Below the pieces are notes generated by a model that did not search any database, had not been told where the DNA came from, and was given only the letters and a program-made list of their open reading frames with translations. Position numbers and translations under genes: made by a program. DNA of 49,013 bases from Myxococcota bacterium (GTDB lineage: Bacteria; Myxococcota_A; Polyangia; Polyangiales; Sandaracinaceae), in the NCBI GenBank assembly GCA_036149055.1, contig JAYZQJ010000107.1:1-49013 (forward strand), given 5' to 3'. This document shows positions 39,073 to 48,917 of this stretch, one piece after another; positions within the stretch are counted from its first letter, which is position 1, and the number at the start of each line of letters is the position of its first letter.

Positions 39073-39684
39073 ATGAAGATCGAAGTGCAGGGCGTGTTGT
39101 TGGTCCACGAGGACTCGAGCTGGTGCCGCCGGGTGGCGCGCAAGCTCGGGGACGCCGACGTCGACGTGCACGTGGCCACGTCGATCGCGGGCGCGCTCCG
39201 CATCGTGGAGAGCGCGCGCCCCGAGGTCGCCCTCGTGGACCTCTCGACGCTGCCCACGCCGGACTGCTTCCGGCTGGTGCGCAGCCTGGCCACCGCGTCG
39301 CCGGCCCCCGCGATCGGGGTGTGGAGCCCGCGCCTGCTCGCTCACGAGGCCTTCCTCCTCGGGCAGCTCGGCGTGCGGCAGCTGCTCGCGGCGCGCCCGC
39401 AGCCGCAGGACGTCATGCGGCACGCGCACGCCCTGCACGAGACCCGGCTCGACCCGGTGCCGCACCTCCGGGCGTTCGCGCTGCACGCCGGCCCCGTCCC
39501 CGAGTCCGTCCAGGCGATCCGGGACATCATCCTCGACCAGGTGCTCGGCGCGGTGGACGAGAGCCACTCGGCGGCGGCCGAGATCCTCGGCGTGACCCGC
39601 CAGGCGGTGCGGCAGTCCAAGCGCGGCAAGACGGGCACGCTCACCCGCGCGCTCGACTCCGATAGCGACGCGGACGTCGGTTGA
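39073..39684 (+). CDS. Atypical response regulator with Fis-type HTH (RegA/PrrA-like)
   Basis: VLLVHED, ALVDL receiver-like region; 'SHSAAAEILGVTRQAV' HTH. Confidence 0.7.
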   Translation: MKIEVQGVLLVHEDSSWCRRVARKLGDADVDVHVATSIAGALRIVESARPEVALVDLSTLPTPDCFRLVRSLATASPAPAIGVWSPRLLAHEAFLLGQLGVRQLLAARPQPQDVMRHAHALHETRLDPVPHLRAFALHAGPVPESVQAIRDIILDQVLGAVDESHSAAAEILGVTRQAVRQSKRGKTGTLTRALDSDSDADVG

Positions 39685-39700
39685 CCGCTACCCTCGGAGG

Positions 39701-41671
39701 ATGCGCCGCGCCGCCGTCCTCCTCGCCTGCCTGACCCTGCTCGCCTGTGACGGCGAGCCCACCCCGGACGACGCGAGCGCCAGCGCCGACGCCGGCCGAG
39801 ACGCGGGCCCGCCTCCCCGGACCCGCGAGGAGCTGCCGGCGCCGGGGCCGCTCCGCGCCGGCGTGGCCGAGGCGCGCGTCCCGGCCCCGCTCGGCATCGG
39901 CACGATGGGCTACGGCGCCATCGACGTGGAGCCCTCGGTCACGCCCTTCGCCGAGCGCTTCCCGGGGACCACACGGATGCACGGCGAGCTGACCTTCCGC
40001 GCGGTCGCGATCTCGCGCGGCGAGGGGCACGAGGCGATCTTCGTGCGCATGGACACCGTCGGCGTGTTCCAGCAACTGCGCGAGGCGGTGCTCGACGCGC
40101 TCGAGGCCCGGACGGGCCGCCGCCTCGACGACGCGCTGGTGCTCGCGGGCAACCACACCCACTCCGGCCCCGGGCGCATGCTGATGACCACCGGCGCGCT
40201 GGTCGCCCTCGGCGACACGTTCTTCCCGGAGTTCTACGACGGCGTGGTCGAGGCGCTGGCCGACGTGATCGAGGCGGCGCTCGACGACCTCGCCCCGGCC
40301 GAGCTCGCCACCGACGTCGCCTCCACCAGCGACGCCCACGACGACCGCCGCTGCGAGAACGACATGTTGCCCCTACTCCAGGAGAGCCCCGCGCTGCCCT
40401 TCGTCGCCATCCGCCGCGAGGGCCGCATCGACGCGATCGTCGCGAGCTACGCCTACCACGGCACCGTGCTCGGCATCGACGAGCACACCCTGAGCGGCGA
40501 CATGGGCAGCGTGGTCGAGCACCGGGTGGAGGACCGCCTCGACTTCCCGACCCGGCTGCTCTTCTTCAACAGCTTCGGCGCCGACATGTCGCCGTCGCGC
40601 CCGGCGCCGGACCCGGGCGAGGTCGGCGCGCCCCAGCCCGAGAGCTACGACCGCATGGACCGCCTCGGCGACGTCATCGCCGACGCCCTCGTCCCGCGCC
40701 TCGACGCGCTGACCTGGGAGACCGATCCGGACGTCCGGGTGCGCACCTACCGCGTCCCGATCTCGACCGACGTGATCGGCTACGGCGCGGGCGAGTTCAA
40801 CTACCGCCACGGCGGCGCGTTCTGCGGCATCGGCTCCGACGGCAACTGCGACGACCTCACCCCGATCGACGGCCTCGACCGCCGCTGCGTGCCGATCTCG
40901 CCGGCCGAGCGGCTGCCCAAGCAGACGATGATCAGCGTCGGCCTCGTCGGCGGCCTCGCGCTCGTCACCGGCGCCGGCGAGTGGTCCACCTCGCTCGCCG
41001 ACGGAGTGCTGGAGCGGGCGCGCGAGCTGAGCGGCCGCGAGGCGATGTTCATCGGCTACGCCAACGACTACGTCGGCTACTCGATCACCGAGGAGGACTG
41101 GTTCATGGGCGGCTACGAGGCGTCCGGCGCCCTGTGGGGCCCGCGCCAGGGCGACTACCTCGCGGCGCGCAGCCGGGAGGCCTTCGAGACCTTCGACGAG
41201 GGCTGGAACGAGCCGCCGTGGATCGAGCCGGCGCGCGTCGAGCCGTTCGGCGGCTACACCTACGAGCCCTACGCGCCGGAGGCCGCGCGGGACGCGGGGA
41301 CCCTCCTCGCCGACGTGCCGGCCACGGTCGCCGAGACCGACCTCGTCCGCTTCACCGTCGCCGGCGCCGATCCCTGGCTCGGCCCCCCGGTCGCCACCCT
41401 GGAGCGCGCCGACGGCGCCGCGGTGACCCGCCCGAACGGCCGCCCGATCGACTCGCGCAGCTACGATCTCTGGGTCGATCTCGCGCCCGAGCCCTCCTAC
41501 GCGGAGACGGCGCGCGCGCCCGAGCGCAGCTTCGCCTGGACCTTCACCATGCCGGCCCGCCGCCGCGCCGGCGCGAGCGTGACCCTCTCCGGCGCCTACC
41601 GCTTCCGCGTCTCGGTGCCCACCGAGTCCGGCGCCCTCGAGGTCACCACCGGCGAATTCACGATCGAGTAG
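39701..41671 (+). CDS. Neutral/alkaline ceramidase-like lipoprotein
   Basis: Lipobox LLAC, LRAGVA, NHTHSGPG, YAYHGT, SGD, GYANDY.GY, GGYE. Confidence 0.85.
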   Translation: MRRAAVLLACLTLLACDGEPTPDDASASADAGRDAGPPPRTREELPAPGPLRAGVAEARVPAPLGIGTMGYGAIDVEPSVTPFAERFPGTTRMHGELTFRAVAISRGEGHEAIFVRMDTVGVFQQLREAVLDALEARTGRRLDDALVLAGNHTHSGPGRMLMTTGALVALGDTFFPEFYDGVVEALADVIEAALDDLAPAELATDVASTSDAHDDRRCENDMLPLLQESPALPFVAIRREGRIDAIVASYAYHGTVLGIDEHTLSGDMGSVVEHRVEDRLDFPTRLLFFNSFGADMSPSRPAPDPGEVGAPQPESYDRMDRLGDVIADALVPRLDALTWETDPDVRVRTYRVPISTDVIGYGAGEFNYRHGGAFCGIGSDGNCDDLTPIDGLDRRCVPISPAERLPKQTMISVGLVGGLALVTGAGEWSTSLADGVLERARELSGREAMFIGYANDYVGYSITEEDWFMGGYEASGALWGPRQGDYLAARSREAFETFDEGWNEPPWIEPARVEPFGGYTYEPYAPEAARDAGTLLADVPATVAETDLVRFTVAGADPWLGPPVATLERADGAAVTRPNGRPIDSRSYDLWVDLAPEPSYAETARAPERSFAWTFTMPARRRAGASVTLSGAYRFRVSVPTESGALEVTTGEFTIE

Positions 41672-41780
41672 GAACCTCCCGTGGCCGCCCGCGTGGACGC
41701 TCGGCGGGGGACTACCGCTCGAGAGCGGCGGCCGTAGATGGTCGGACATGGGCGAGGTGTCTCGCCCGAGGAGGTGCGTC

Positions 41781-42305
41781 ATGGAGACGCGTTTCACCGC
41801 GAAAGAGCGCGGCTTCGCCATCGACCCGGACACGGCCCACTGGCCGATGCGGCGCCGGGTGGGCTTCGGGATCCTCGCGCTCATGCCGACGACGCTGCTG
41901 CTCGCGGCGCTCACGCTCGGCGTGGCTCACTTCGCCATGCCCCGGACGGAGATCATCACCGACCTGGCGGCCATCCTGCTCTACGTGCACGTCGCCGCGC
42001 AGGGCATCGTGCTGCTCATCTTCGGCCACCTGCTCTTCGACCACGAGGGCTTCGACCTGACCGACAAGGTCTGGTGGGGGGCCGCGTTCCTCTTCGCCGC
42101 GCCGGTGTCGATCCCGGTCTTCTGGGTGCTGCACATCCTCGCCGAGGGGAAGACCCGGGAGGAGTCGAAGGTGCACGTGTACGACACCAGCTACGTGGAC
42201 GACGGCGAGGCGGACGGCGACCACGACCGCGAGGACGGCACCCGCATCCACAACGCGCACAGCGAGCCGCCGCAGCGCCCGTTCGGTCACCTGCTCGAGA
42301 CCTGA
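41781..42305 (+). CDS. Small three-TM membrane protein
   Basis: GAGGAGG RBS, three hydrophobic helices, 'DKVWW' motif. Confidence 0.75.
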   Translation: METRFTAKERGFAIDPDTAHWPMRRRVGFGILALMPTTLLLAALTLGVAHFAMPRTEIITDLAAILLYVHVAAQGIVLLIFGHLLFDHEGFDLTDKVWWGAAFLFAAPVSIPVFWVLHILAEGKTREESKVHVYDTSYVDDGEADGDHDREDGTRIHNAHSEPPQRPFGHLLET

Positions 42306-42323
42306 CCGCGATATCGTCGGTCG

Positions 42324-43259
42324 GTGACCGATGACGCCATCCGCTCGTTCCGCCGGGAGCATCGGCCCGGGGTGAGCCCGTGGTCGTGGTGGTGCGCGCA
42401 GCTGCTCGGCCTGGGGCTGGTGGGCGCCTTCGCGTGGTGCGCCTACCAGGGGCGCTGGTCGGGCACGGAGCTCGTCGTCGGCGCCGTCGTGACCGCCCCC
42501 GCCAACTTCGTCCTCTGGGGACTGTCGATGGTGTACTGGGTCCCGGCCATGCGCGACGAGTCGTGGCTCGAGGCGCGTCTGTCGCTGAGCGGCGAGACCC
42601 TCATGGTCCTCGGAGACGCGCCGATCGTCGTCGACCTCGCCCGGCCCCACGCGCTCGAGGTGGGCGGCGACGCCGTCGGGCGCTTCTCCTTGACGGTGTA
42701 CGTCGACGGGCGACGAGAGCGGGTCGTCCCGTTCTGGGCGCGGGGCTCCGCCGACTCCGTCCTGCTCGGCGCTCACCGCGATCCGTCTGCAGACCCGATG
42801 TCGCCGAGCGACGTGCCGTCGACGGAGTGGGACTTCGGAGACGCGTTGCTGGAGCGCCTGGAGGCGGCGGCGTCGAGGAACCGCTACGCCGAGGTTCGCC
42901 GCCAGCTCCGGCGTCACGCCCCGACGGCGGCCGATTCACCGTTCGTGGTGGAGGTGGCGGCCGGAGACGAGGCGCCCGTGTACCGCTCGGGGCGGCCCGC
43001 TCCGGATGGCTCCGGCTACGCGTCCTGGCTGGAGCGGAACGGGCTCCGTCTCGGGCCCGGGCTCGTGGTGGGCGCCGAGCACGTCGTGGTCGACACGGAG
43101 GGAGGGGCGCTCGCGTTTCCCATCGGGGCCACGGAGGTGGACGACGCCGGAGCAGGGACGCTTCACGGACGGCGGGCGTCTGGAGAGCGCGTCGAGGTCC
43201 CCTGCCCCGGAGACCCGATGACCACGGCCGCGCTCGCCGCGCATCTCCGCGAGCGGTGA
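42324..43259 (+). CDS. Hypothetical membrane protein
   Basis: Two N-terminal TM helices; operon-like position after the previous gene. Confidence 0.65.
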   Translation: MTDDAIRSFRREHRPGVSPWSWWCAQLLGLGLVGAFAWCAYQGRWSGTELVVGAVVTAPANFVLWGLSMVYWVPAMRDESWLEARLSLSGETLMVLGDAPIVVDLARPHALEVGGDAVGRFSLTVYVDGRRERVVPFWARGSADSVLLGAHRDPSADPMSPSDVPSTEWDFGDALLERLEAAASRNRYAEVRRQLRRHAPTAADSPFVVEVAAGDEAPVYRSGRPAPDGSGYASWLERNGLRLGPGLVVGAEHVVVDTEGGALAFPIGATEVDDAGAGTLHGRRASGERVEVPCPGDPMTTAALAAHLRER

Positions 43260-43277
43260 AGCGTCGGCCGGCTCTCC

Positions 43278-44735
43278 TCAGCCGTAGGCGCGGGTGGGGC
43301 TGCCGTCGGCGAGGGCTCGCTCGGCGGCGCCGCGCACGGCCGGGGACTCGTCTTCGGTGGAGGCGACGAGCGACGCGTCGAAGACGTGCGCGCCGATCTT
43401 GCCCATCGCGTCGACCGCGAGGAACCGGATGTGCGGGTCCTCGCTCAGGCGATCCTGCTCGAGGCGCCGCGCGATCGCCCGCTGGAGCTCGTCGTTGGTG
43501 GTGCTCTTGTAGCGGGTGACGAGCCGGGCGTAGACGGCGCGGTTCGCCGCGACCCGGCTGTCGCTCAGGTCGCGATCAGGCGCCGGGGTCGGCGTGGGCG
43601 CGCGAGGCTCCTCGACCCGCTTCGGGGCCACGTCGGAGACGCGCCGGGGGCGCTCGCGCTCGCTCGCGACGCCTTCGAGCTGCCCGAGGTCGAGCTCGGG
43701 GAGGCGCCGCGCCTTCTGCTTCAGGCCGAGCGCCTCGGACGCCGTCTCGGTCACGAGGTCTTCGACGCGGCGCGGGAGGGCCGCGGCCGACGCGATCACG
43801 CGGACGCGAGGCGGGGCGCCGTCCGGGGCCCGCCGCACCGCGACGTCGACGCACGCGCCGTGGGTCTCGGTGCGCCAGTGCTCGCGCAGGTGATCGAGGA
43901 GCCGCACCGGGGTGGACTCGAGGGTCGGCTTGTCCGCCTCGACGAAGATCGCGAGGTCGCTGACGTCGGCCGCGTCGACGCCCGAGGCGAGCACCGGGTT
44001 GTCGTCGAGCGCGTCCCGCACCGCCGCCTCGACGTCCTCGGCGCCGAGCCCGCGCAGGTCGGCGGCGCCGAACGAGACGAGGCCGCCCACGGTGAGCAGG
44101 TCGCGCAGCCGCTCGGGCGGCAGCCCGCGGAGCGTCGTGCCCGGCTCCGCCTCCCGCAGCAGCCCGTCGAGCGGCTCGAGGATGCGCTCGTTGGCGCGGT
44201 CGTGCAGGTCGAAGATCGACACGTCGCTCACCTGCTCCGAGACCCGCGCGCCGTCGACGAGGATCAGCCCGTCGGGCTCGACGTGGGTGAGCGCCCGGAG
44301 CGCGCGCAGGGCCTCGACCTTGCGCGCGACCGGCTCGCCGTCCGGCGGCAGGGTGGCGAGCACGATCACCGGCGTGCGCTTGTCGTCGAGGGCCTCGACC
44401 AGCGCGTCCACCGCCGAGCCGGTGCGCCCGCCGAGGCACGCCATCACGAGGATCGCGTCGGCGTCGCGGCTCTCCATGCGCACGAGATCGTCGACCCGGC
44501 GGGCGTGCTCGCGGACGAGGCGCCGCGCCTGATCGGGGCTCTCGGCCGCCTCCCGATCGTGCCCGAGCACGTGACAGCGCTCGCGCGGCAGCTGCGGCTG
44601 CGCGTCCGCGGCCTCCCGGCTCGCGTGGAGGGCGAGGGCGGGGTGACCCCGCCGGCTCCACTCGGCGGCGAGGCGCCCTCCGCCTTTGCCCCATCCCACC
44701 GCGACGACCTGCAGCACGTGCTCTCTGGATCCCAT
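43278..44735 (-). CDS. Divergent FtsZ/tubulin-fold protein with C-terminal HEAT-like domain
   Basis: VVAVGWGKGGGRLA (T1-like), ACLGGRTGS (GGGTGS-like), LATLP..GE, LILVDG, AN..I; C-terminal 'RFLAVDAMGKIG...DESPAVRGAAERAL'. Confidence 0.72.
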   Translation of the reverse strand: MGSREHVLQVVAVGWGKGGGRLAAEWSRRGHPALALHASREAADAQPQLPRERCHVLGHDREAAESPDQARRLVREHARRVDDLVRMESRDADAILVMACLGGRTGSAVDALVEALDDKRTPVIVLATLPPDGEPVARKVEALRALRALTHVEPDGLILVDGARVSEQVSDVSIFDLHDRANERILEPLDGLLREAEPGTTLRGLPPERLRDLLTVGGLVSFGAADLRGLGAEDVEAAVRDALDDNPVLASGVDAADVSDLAIFVEADKPTLESTPVRLLDHLREHWRTETHGACVDVAVRRAPDGAPPRVRVIASAAALPRRVEDLVTETASEALGLKQKARRLPELDLGQLEGVASERERPRRVSDVAPKRVEEPRAPTPTPAPDRDLSDSRVAANRAVYARLVTRYKSTTNDELQRAIARRLEQDRLSEDPHIRFLAVDAMGKIGAHVFDASLVASTEDESPAVRGAAERALADGSPTRAYG

Positions 44736-44877
44736 GCCCGGGTGCACAGCAATCGGCGATCCAGCCGCCGATCCCGTGGCGCGGGCCCCGATCGACGGAA
44801 CACGGCGCGCGCCTCGCTCCCCGCGCCGCGCGCGGTGCTCCGCTTCCGTGGGCGAGCGCCGTGCTACATCCACCCTC

Positions 44878-46389
44878 GTGACGCTCCGCGCCTCGCTGGC
44901 CCTCCTGCTCCTGTTGGCCCCCGGCCTCGCTCGCGCGCAGGGCGTGACCGAGGAGGTCGAGGCGGGCGGCATCTTCGTCCCCGAGCTCGAGGAAGAGGAG
45001 GAGACGCCCGAGCCCGAAGAGGAGGAGGAGGCGCGCCGACCGCTGGTCATCGAGCTGCCGCCGCCGCGCGAGCTCGACGGGCCCATCGCACCGGCGCCGA
45101 TCACGTTCACCCTGGAGAACGGCCTCCGGGTGATGCTCCAGCCGATCGAGGGGCGGCGGTTCAGCGCGGTGGCGATGACCTACCACGTCGGCTCCGCCGA
45201 TCAGCCGAGCGGCTGGACCGGCCTCGCGCACCTGACCGAGCACCTCATGTTCGCCGGCACCGACGTGCTGAACGAGGTCGAGGTGTTCATGCGGCTCGAG
45301 GCGGCCGGCGCGGTGGAGCGCAACGCCGAGACGAGCCCGGACCGCACCATCTACTACGAGGTGCTCCCGAGCGCGCAGCTCGAGTGGGCCTTCTGGATCG
45401 AGGCGGAGCGGCTGGCCCGCATGCTCGCCGGGCTGACCGAGGCGCGCCTCGACCGGCAGCGACAGATCGTGCTGCACGAGGGGTTCGAGCGAGGCATCTA
45501 CGGCTGGCGGGGGCTGCTCGCGCAGAGCCTCTTCCGCGGCGTCTTCCCAGACGGGCACCCCTACGCGCAGCCGGTGATCGAGCGCGAGGAGGACGTGCGC
45601 GCGGTGCGCCTGCGCCACGTGCAGAGCTTCTTCCAGCGGCACTACGCGCCGGACAACGCGACCCTCAGCGTGGTCGGCGGCTTCGACCCCGAGGTGATCC
45701 GCGCCTCGATCGAGCGCCACTTCGGGCCGATCCGGCGCAGCGCCCCCGCGCCCGACGCGCCCCGCCCCGACCCGGTCGCGCCCCTCGACCACGAGCGCCA
45801 GATCCTGCTCGAGGTGCAGCACGACCGCGACCAGGTCTACGTCGCCTGGCCGACGCCCGCGCTCTACGCCGCCGGGGACGCCGAGCTGGACGTGCTCTCC
45901 ACGCTGATGGGGCGGCGACGGACCGCGCCGGTGCGCGACGCGCTGGTGGAGAGCGGGCTCGCGCTCGAGGCGCTCGTGCAGCAGCGGAGCTACCGCGACG
46001 CGTCGCTCTTCACCATCCAGGCGGTGCCGGCCCCGGGGCACGACGCGGCCGAGCTGGTGCGGGCGATCGACGAGGCGCTGGCGCGGGTGCACGAGGCGCC
46101 GTTCGACGAGGAGGCGGTGCGGGAGGCCCGCGAGATCTGGGCGCGCCGCGAGCGGCTCCGGGTGGAGGACCTCGCCACCCGCGCGATCCACCTCGGCACG
46201 GCCACCGACGCCTACGTGCCGACCCTCGAGAACGAGCGGCAGCGCTACCTCGCGGTCGACGCCGAGGCGGTGCGGCGCACGGTGCAGCGCTGGCTCCCGC
46301 AGGGCCGGCGGCTGGTGATGATCGCCCGGGCGGAGCCGAGCGGCGCGCCCCAGGGCCGGGTCATCCTCGACCGACGGAGGCCCCAGTGA
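44878..46389 (+). CDS. M16 family zinc peptidase (catalytic subunit)
   Basis: Signal peptide, TLENGLRV, YHVGSAD, GLAHLTEHLMF (HxxEH), NAET..DRT.YY, HPY, Y.PDNA.L.VVG. Confidence 0.92.
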   Translation: MTLRASLALLLLLAPGLARAQGVTEEVEAGGIFVPELEEEEETPEPEEEEEARRPLVIELPPPRELDGPIAPAPITFTLENGLRVMLQPIEGRRFSAVAMTYHVGSADQPSGWTGLAHLTEHLMFAGTDVLNEVEVFMRLEAAGAVERNAETSPDRTIYYEVLPSAQLEWAFWIEAERLARMLAGLTEARLDRQRQIVLHEGFERGIYGWRGLLAQSLFRGVFPDGHPYAQPVIEREEDVRAVRLRHVQSFFQRHYAPDNATLSVVGGFDPEVIRASIERHFGPIRRSAPAPDAPRPDPVAPLDHERQILLEVQHDRDQVYVAWPTPALYAAGDAELDVLSTLMGRRRTAPVRDALVESGLALEALVQQRSYRDASLFTIQAVPAPGHDAAELVRAIDEALARVHEAPFDEEAVREAREIWARRERLRVEDLATRAIHLGTATDAYVPTLENERQRYLAVDAEAVRRTVQRWLPQGRRLVMIARAEPSGAPQGRVILDRRRPQ

Positions 46390-47858
46390 GGGCGGCCGCC
46401 GCGATCCTGCTCGCGCTCGGGATCACGGGCTGCACGCTGCGGGCGTCGCTCCCGCCGCCTCGTCACCCGCTCGCCGCCACCCCCCGCGACGCGCTCGCGG
46501 AGCCGCCCGGGGAGCCGCTGCCCGACCAGCCGTTCCGGATGCGCCTGGTGCGCCGGGAGCTCGACAACGGCTTCCGCGCCTTCATCTCGCGCGGTGAGCC
46601 GAACGGGGTGGTCAGCGTGGTGTTCGTCACCCGCGCGACGCCGCTCTGGGATCAGCGCGCGCCGCAGGACGTGACCAGCCTGATGGCCGGGCTGCTCACC
46701 CGCGCGACCCTGGACGAGCAGGGCGAGGTGGTCGAGGACCTGCTGCAGGCGCAGGGCTTCAGCCCGGAGATCGCGGTGCTGCCCGGCGGGATCCGGATCG
46801 CCGATCGCGTCCTGATGGAGGACCTCGGGCCTTACCTCGTGGCGCTCGAGCGGACGCTGCGGCACCCGGCTTACCGCGAGGCCGACCTCCGGCGCGCGCT
46901 CGACGCGCGGATCGAGCTGCTCGAGGGGCACCTCGGCGGGGTCGACGGCTTCATCGACGATCGCCTGCCGCAGCTGCTCTACGCGTCCGACGATCCGCGC
47001 GGCGCGGCGATGCAGGCGCGGCTCGAGGTGATGCGCGGGGTGACGGTCGAGACCCTGCGGGCGCGCCACGCCCAGCTCCTCGATCCGTCCCGCGGCGCGC
47101 TCATCGTCGCCGGCGACGTCGAGCCGCTCCCGCTCCTGCCGGTGATCGGGCAGCTCTTCAGCGCGTGGCCGCGCACCGAGGGGCAGCCGGAGCTGCGTGG
47201 CCCGCGCTACCCGGAGGCGGGCGAGGACCGCGGCATCGCGCTGGTGGAGCCTCTCTTGCGATCCTACGTGAAGGTGGTCGAGCAGGCGCCGCCGATCACC
47301 GATCCCGATCACGCCGCCTTCCTGGTGCTCGAGCAGCTCCTCGGCGCCATGTTCGCCTCGCGCCTCAACCTGGCCTTCCGGGAGGACGCGCGCGTCAGCT
47401 ACGGCTTCCACGCCGAGTACGCCGCGAGCGGCACCGAGGGCGAGCTCGCGCTGGCGACCTCGGTCGAGCCGGGCGCGACGCGTCAGGTGGTCGAGGAGGT
47501 GCTCTCCGAGCTGCGGCGCATGCGCGGGGAGGGCGAGGGCATCCGGGACCTCGAGCTCAGCCTCGCGCGCACCCGCGCACGGGAGTCGCTGATGGCGGCG
47601 CTCGACACCTCGCAGGGCCTCGCGCTCTCGATGGCGCAGCGCCTCCTCGCGGGCCTCGAGCCCGGCACTATCGGCGCGACGCTGCGGCGCATCGACCGGC
47701 TCTCGGCCGATGACGTAGAGGCGGCGGCGGCCCGCTGGGTCCGCCCCGATCGCGCCCCGCTGGTGGTCGTCGGGCGCGAGGACGTGATCGCCGACGTGCT
47801 CGGCTCCGACCAGATCCAGCTCCGCGCCCTGCGCCCGCCCCCGCGTCAGCGGCGGTGA
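46386..47858 (+). CDS. M16 family peptidase, non-catalytic partner lipoprotein
   Basis: GTGA overlap with the previous gene, lipobox ITGC, LDNG, LIVAGD, LG..FASRLN..RE....YG; no HxxEH. Confidence 0.85.
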   Translation: MRAAAAILLALGITGCTLRASLPPPRHPLAATPRDALAEPPGEPLPDQPFRMRLVRRELDNGFRAFISRGEPNGVVSVVFVTRATPLWDQRAPQDVTSLMAGLLTRATLDEQGEVVEDLLQAQGFSPEIAVLPGGIRIADRVLMEDLGPYLVALERTLRHPAYREADLRRALDARIELLEGHLGGVDGFIDDRLPQLLYASDDPRGAAMQARLEVMRGVTVETLRARHAQLLDPSRGALIVAGDVEPLPLLPVIGQLFSAWPRTEGQPELRGPRYPEAGEDRGIALVEPLLRSYVKVVEQAPPITDPDHAAFLVLEQLLGAMFASRLNLAFREDARVSYGFHAEYAASGTEGELALATSVEPGATRQVVEEVLSELRRMRGEGEGIRDLELSLARTRARESLMAALDTSQGLALSMAQRLLAGLEPGTIGATLRRIDRLSADDVEAAAARWVRPDRAPLVVVGREDVIADVLGSDQIQLRALRPPPRQRR

Positions 47859-48775
47859 GGCTTTCGGCCGCTCGCGAGGTACATGCAGAGGCCGCCGGTG
47901 AAGCGGTGGCGGCCGGCGCGCGTGTCCTCGATCAGGCGCCGGCGGCTGCGCTGCTCGAGATCCCAGAGCGCGTCGAACTCGCTCGGCTCTCCGCCGCCCG
48001 CCCGGTAGAGCGTGCGCGCGGTCGCCTCGTCCCCCCAGCGGGAGAGCGCCTCGTCGGCGTGCGCCTCGAGCTGCTCGACGGTCATGCGCTCGGCCGGCGT
48101 CGCGTAGGGCGGCGAGAGGACGGCGCAGCGGTCGTTCTTGTAGACGCGACGATCCTCGAGCCCGAGCGCCTCGAGCAGCTGCGGCAGGCGATCCCCGACC
48201 GCGCTGTCGCCCTGCCCGAGCGCGCGCTTGCCGTCGAGGCAGCGGCGCTCGAAGTCCAGCAGCGCGAGCGTCTCCTCGAAGGGCGGCGCCGGCTCGTGTC
48301 GACGGAAGGCCAGCGCGTTGAAGAGGTTGTCGGGCTCGGCCGCCGCGATGACCCCGCCGGGCTTCGTCACGCGCACCATCTCCCGCAGCGCGACCTCGGC
48401 GTCGGCCACGTGGATGAGCACGGTCTGGCAGGTGACGAGATCGAAGGTGTCGTCGTCAAAGGGCAGCGCCTCGGCCGCGCCCTCGACGTACGTGAAGGCG
48501 TGCGGGAAGCGCTCCGCCCGCGCCCGCGCGGCGTCGAGGAAGCCCGGCTCGTGATCGACCCCGGTGACCGTCGCGCCCTCCGGCAGCAGCGTGGAGAGCC
48601 GCTGCCCCCAGTGCCCGGCCCCGCACCCGACGTCCAGGGCGCGCCCGACCTCGGACAGCCGCAGCCGCGCGGCCATCAGCTCCAGCGTGTCCTGGTGCCA
48701 CCAGGTGTCCCGCCAGTCCGACTCGAAGCCCGCCAGCGAAGCGTACCGCTCGGCGTCGAAGCCCAGGTTCTTCAT
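47846..48775 (-). CDS. Class I SAM-dependent methyltransferase
   Basis: LDVGCGAG, GVD, AEALPFDDDTFDLV, EMVRVTKPGG; GGAGG RBS. Confidence 0.92.
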   Translation of the reverse strand: MKNLGFDAERYASLAGFESDWRDTWWHQDTLELMAARLRLSEVGRALDVGCGAGHWGQRLSTLLPEGATVTGVDHEPGFLDAARARAERFPHAFTYVEGAAEALPFDDDTFDLVTCQTVLIHVADAEVALREMVRVTKPGGVIAAAEPDNLFNALAFRRHEPAPPFEETLALLDFERRCLDGKRALGQGDSAVGDRLPQLLEALGLEDRRVYKNDRCAVLSPPYATPAERMTVEQLEAHADEALSRWGDEATARTLYRAGGGEPSEFDALWDLEQRSRRRLIEDTRAGRHRFTGGLCMYLASGRKPHRR

Positions 48776-48917
48776 CGTGCCTCCCCTCCGAGCGGGAGGT
48801 GGGGCGCCAAGACGGATCGGTCAAGCGCCCCGAGCCCGGAGGGAGATGTATGAAATGAATAGGATCGTCCCCGAGGTCGCGGACCACCCGTTCTCCAACC
48901 TCCCGAGGTCGCAAGCC

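Noticed and set aside
43386..46385. N-terminal 1000 aa of the 1490-aa ORF
   Set aside because: Overlaps the tubulin-like gene (antisense) and the first M16 gene (other frame); the real gene starts at GTG 46386 with a lipobox.
44878..48775. M16 peptidase pair and methyltransferase as part of the RiPP cluster
   Set aside because: More than 11 kb from YcaO with unrelated genes in between, and the peptidases appear exported; no sequence evidence of linkage.
48870..48912. Short direct repeat CCCGAGGTCGC x2 near the window end
   Set aside because: Only two 11-bp copies next to the repeat element; not enough to call an array or operator.
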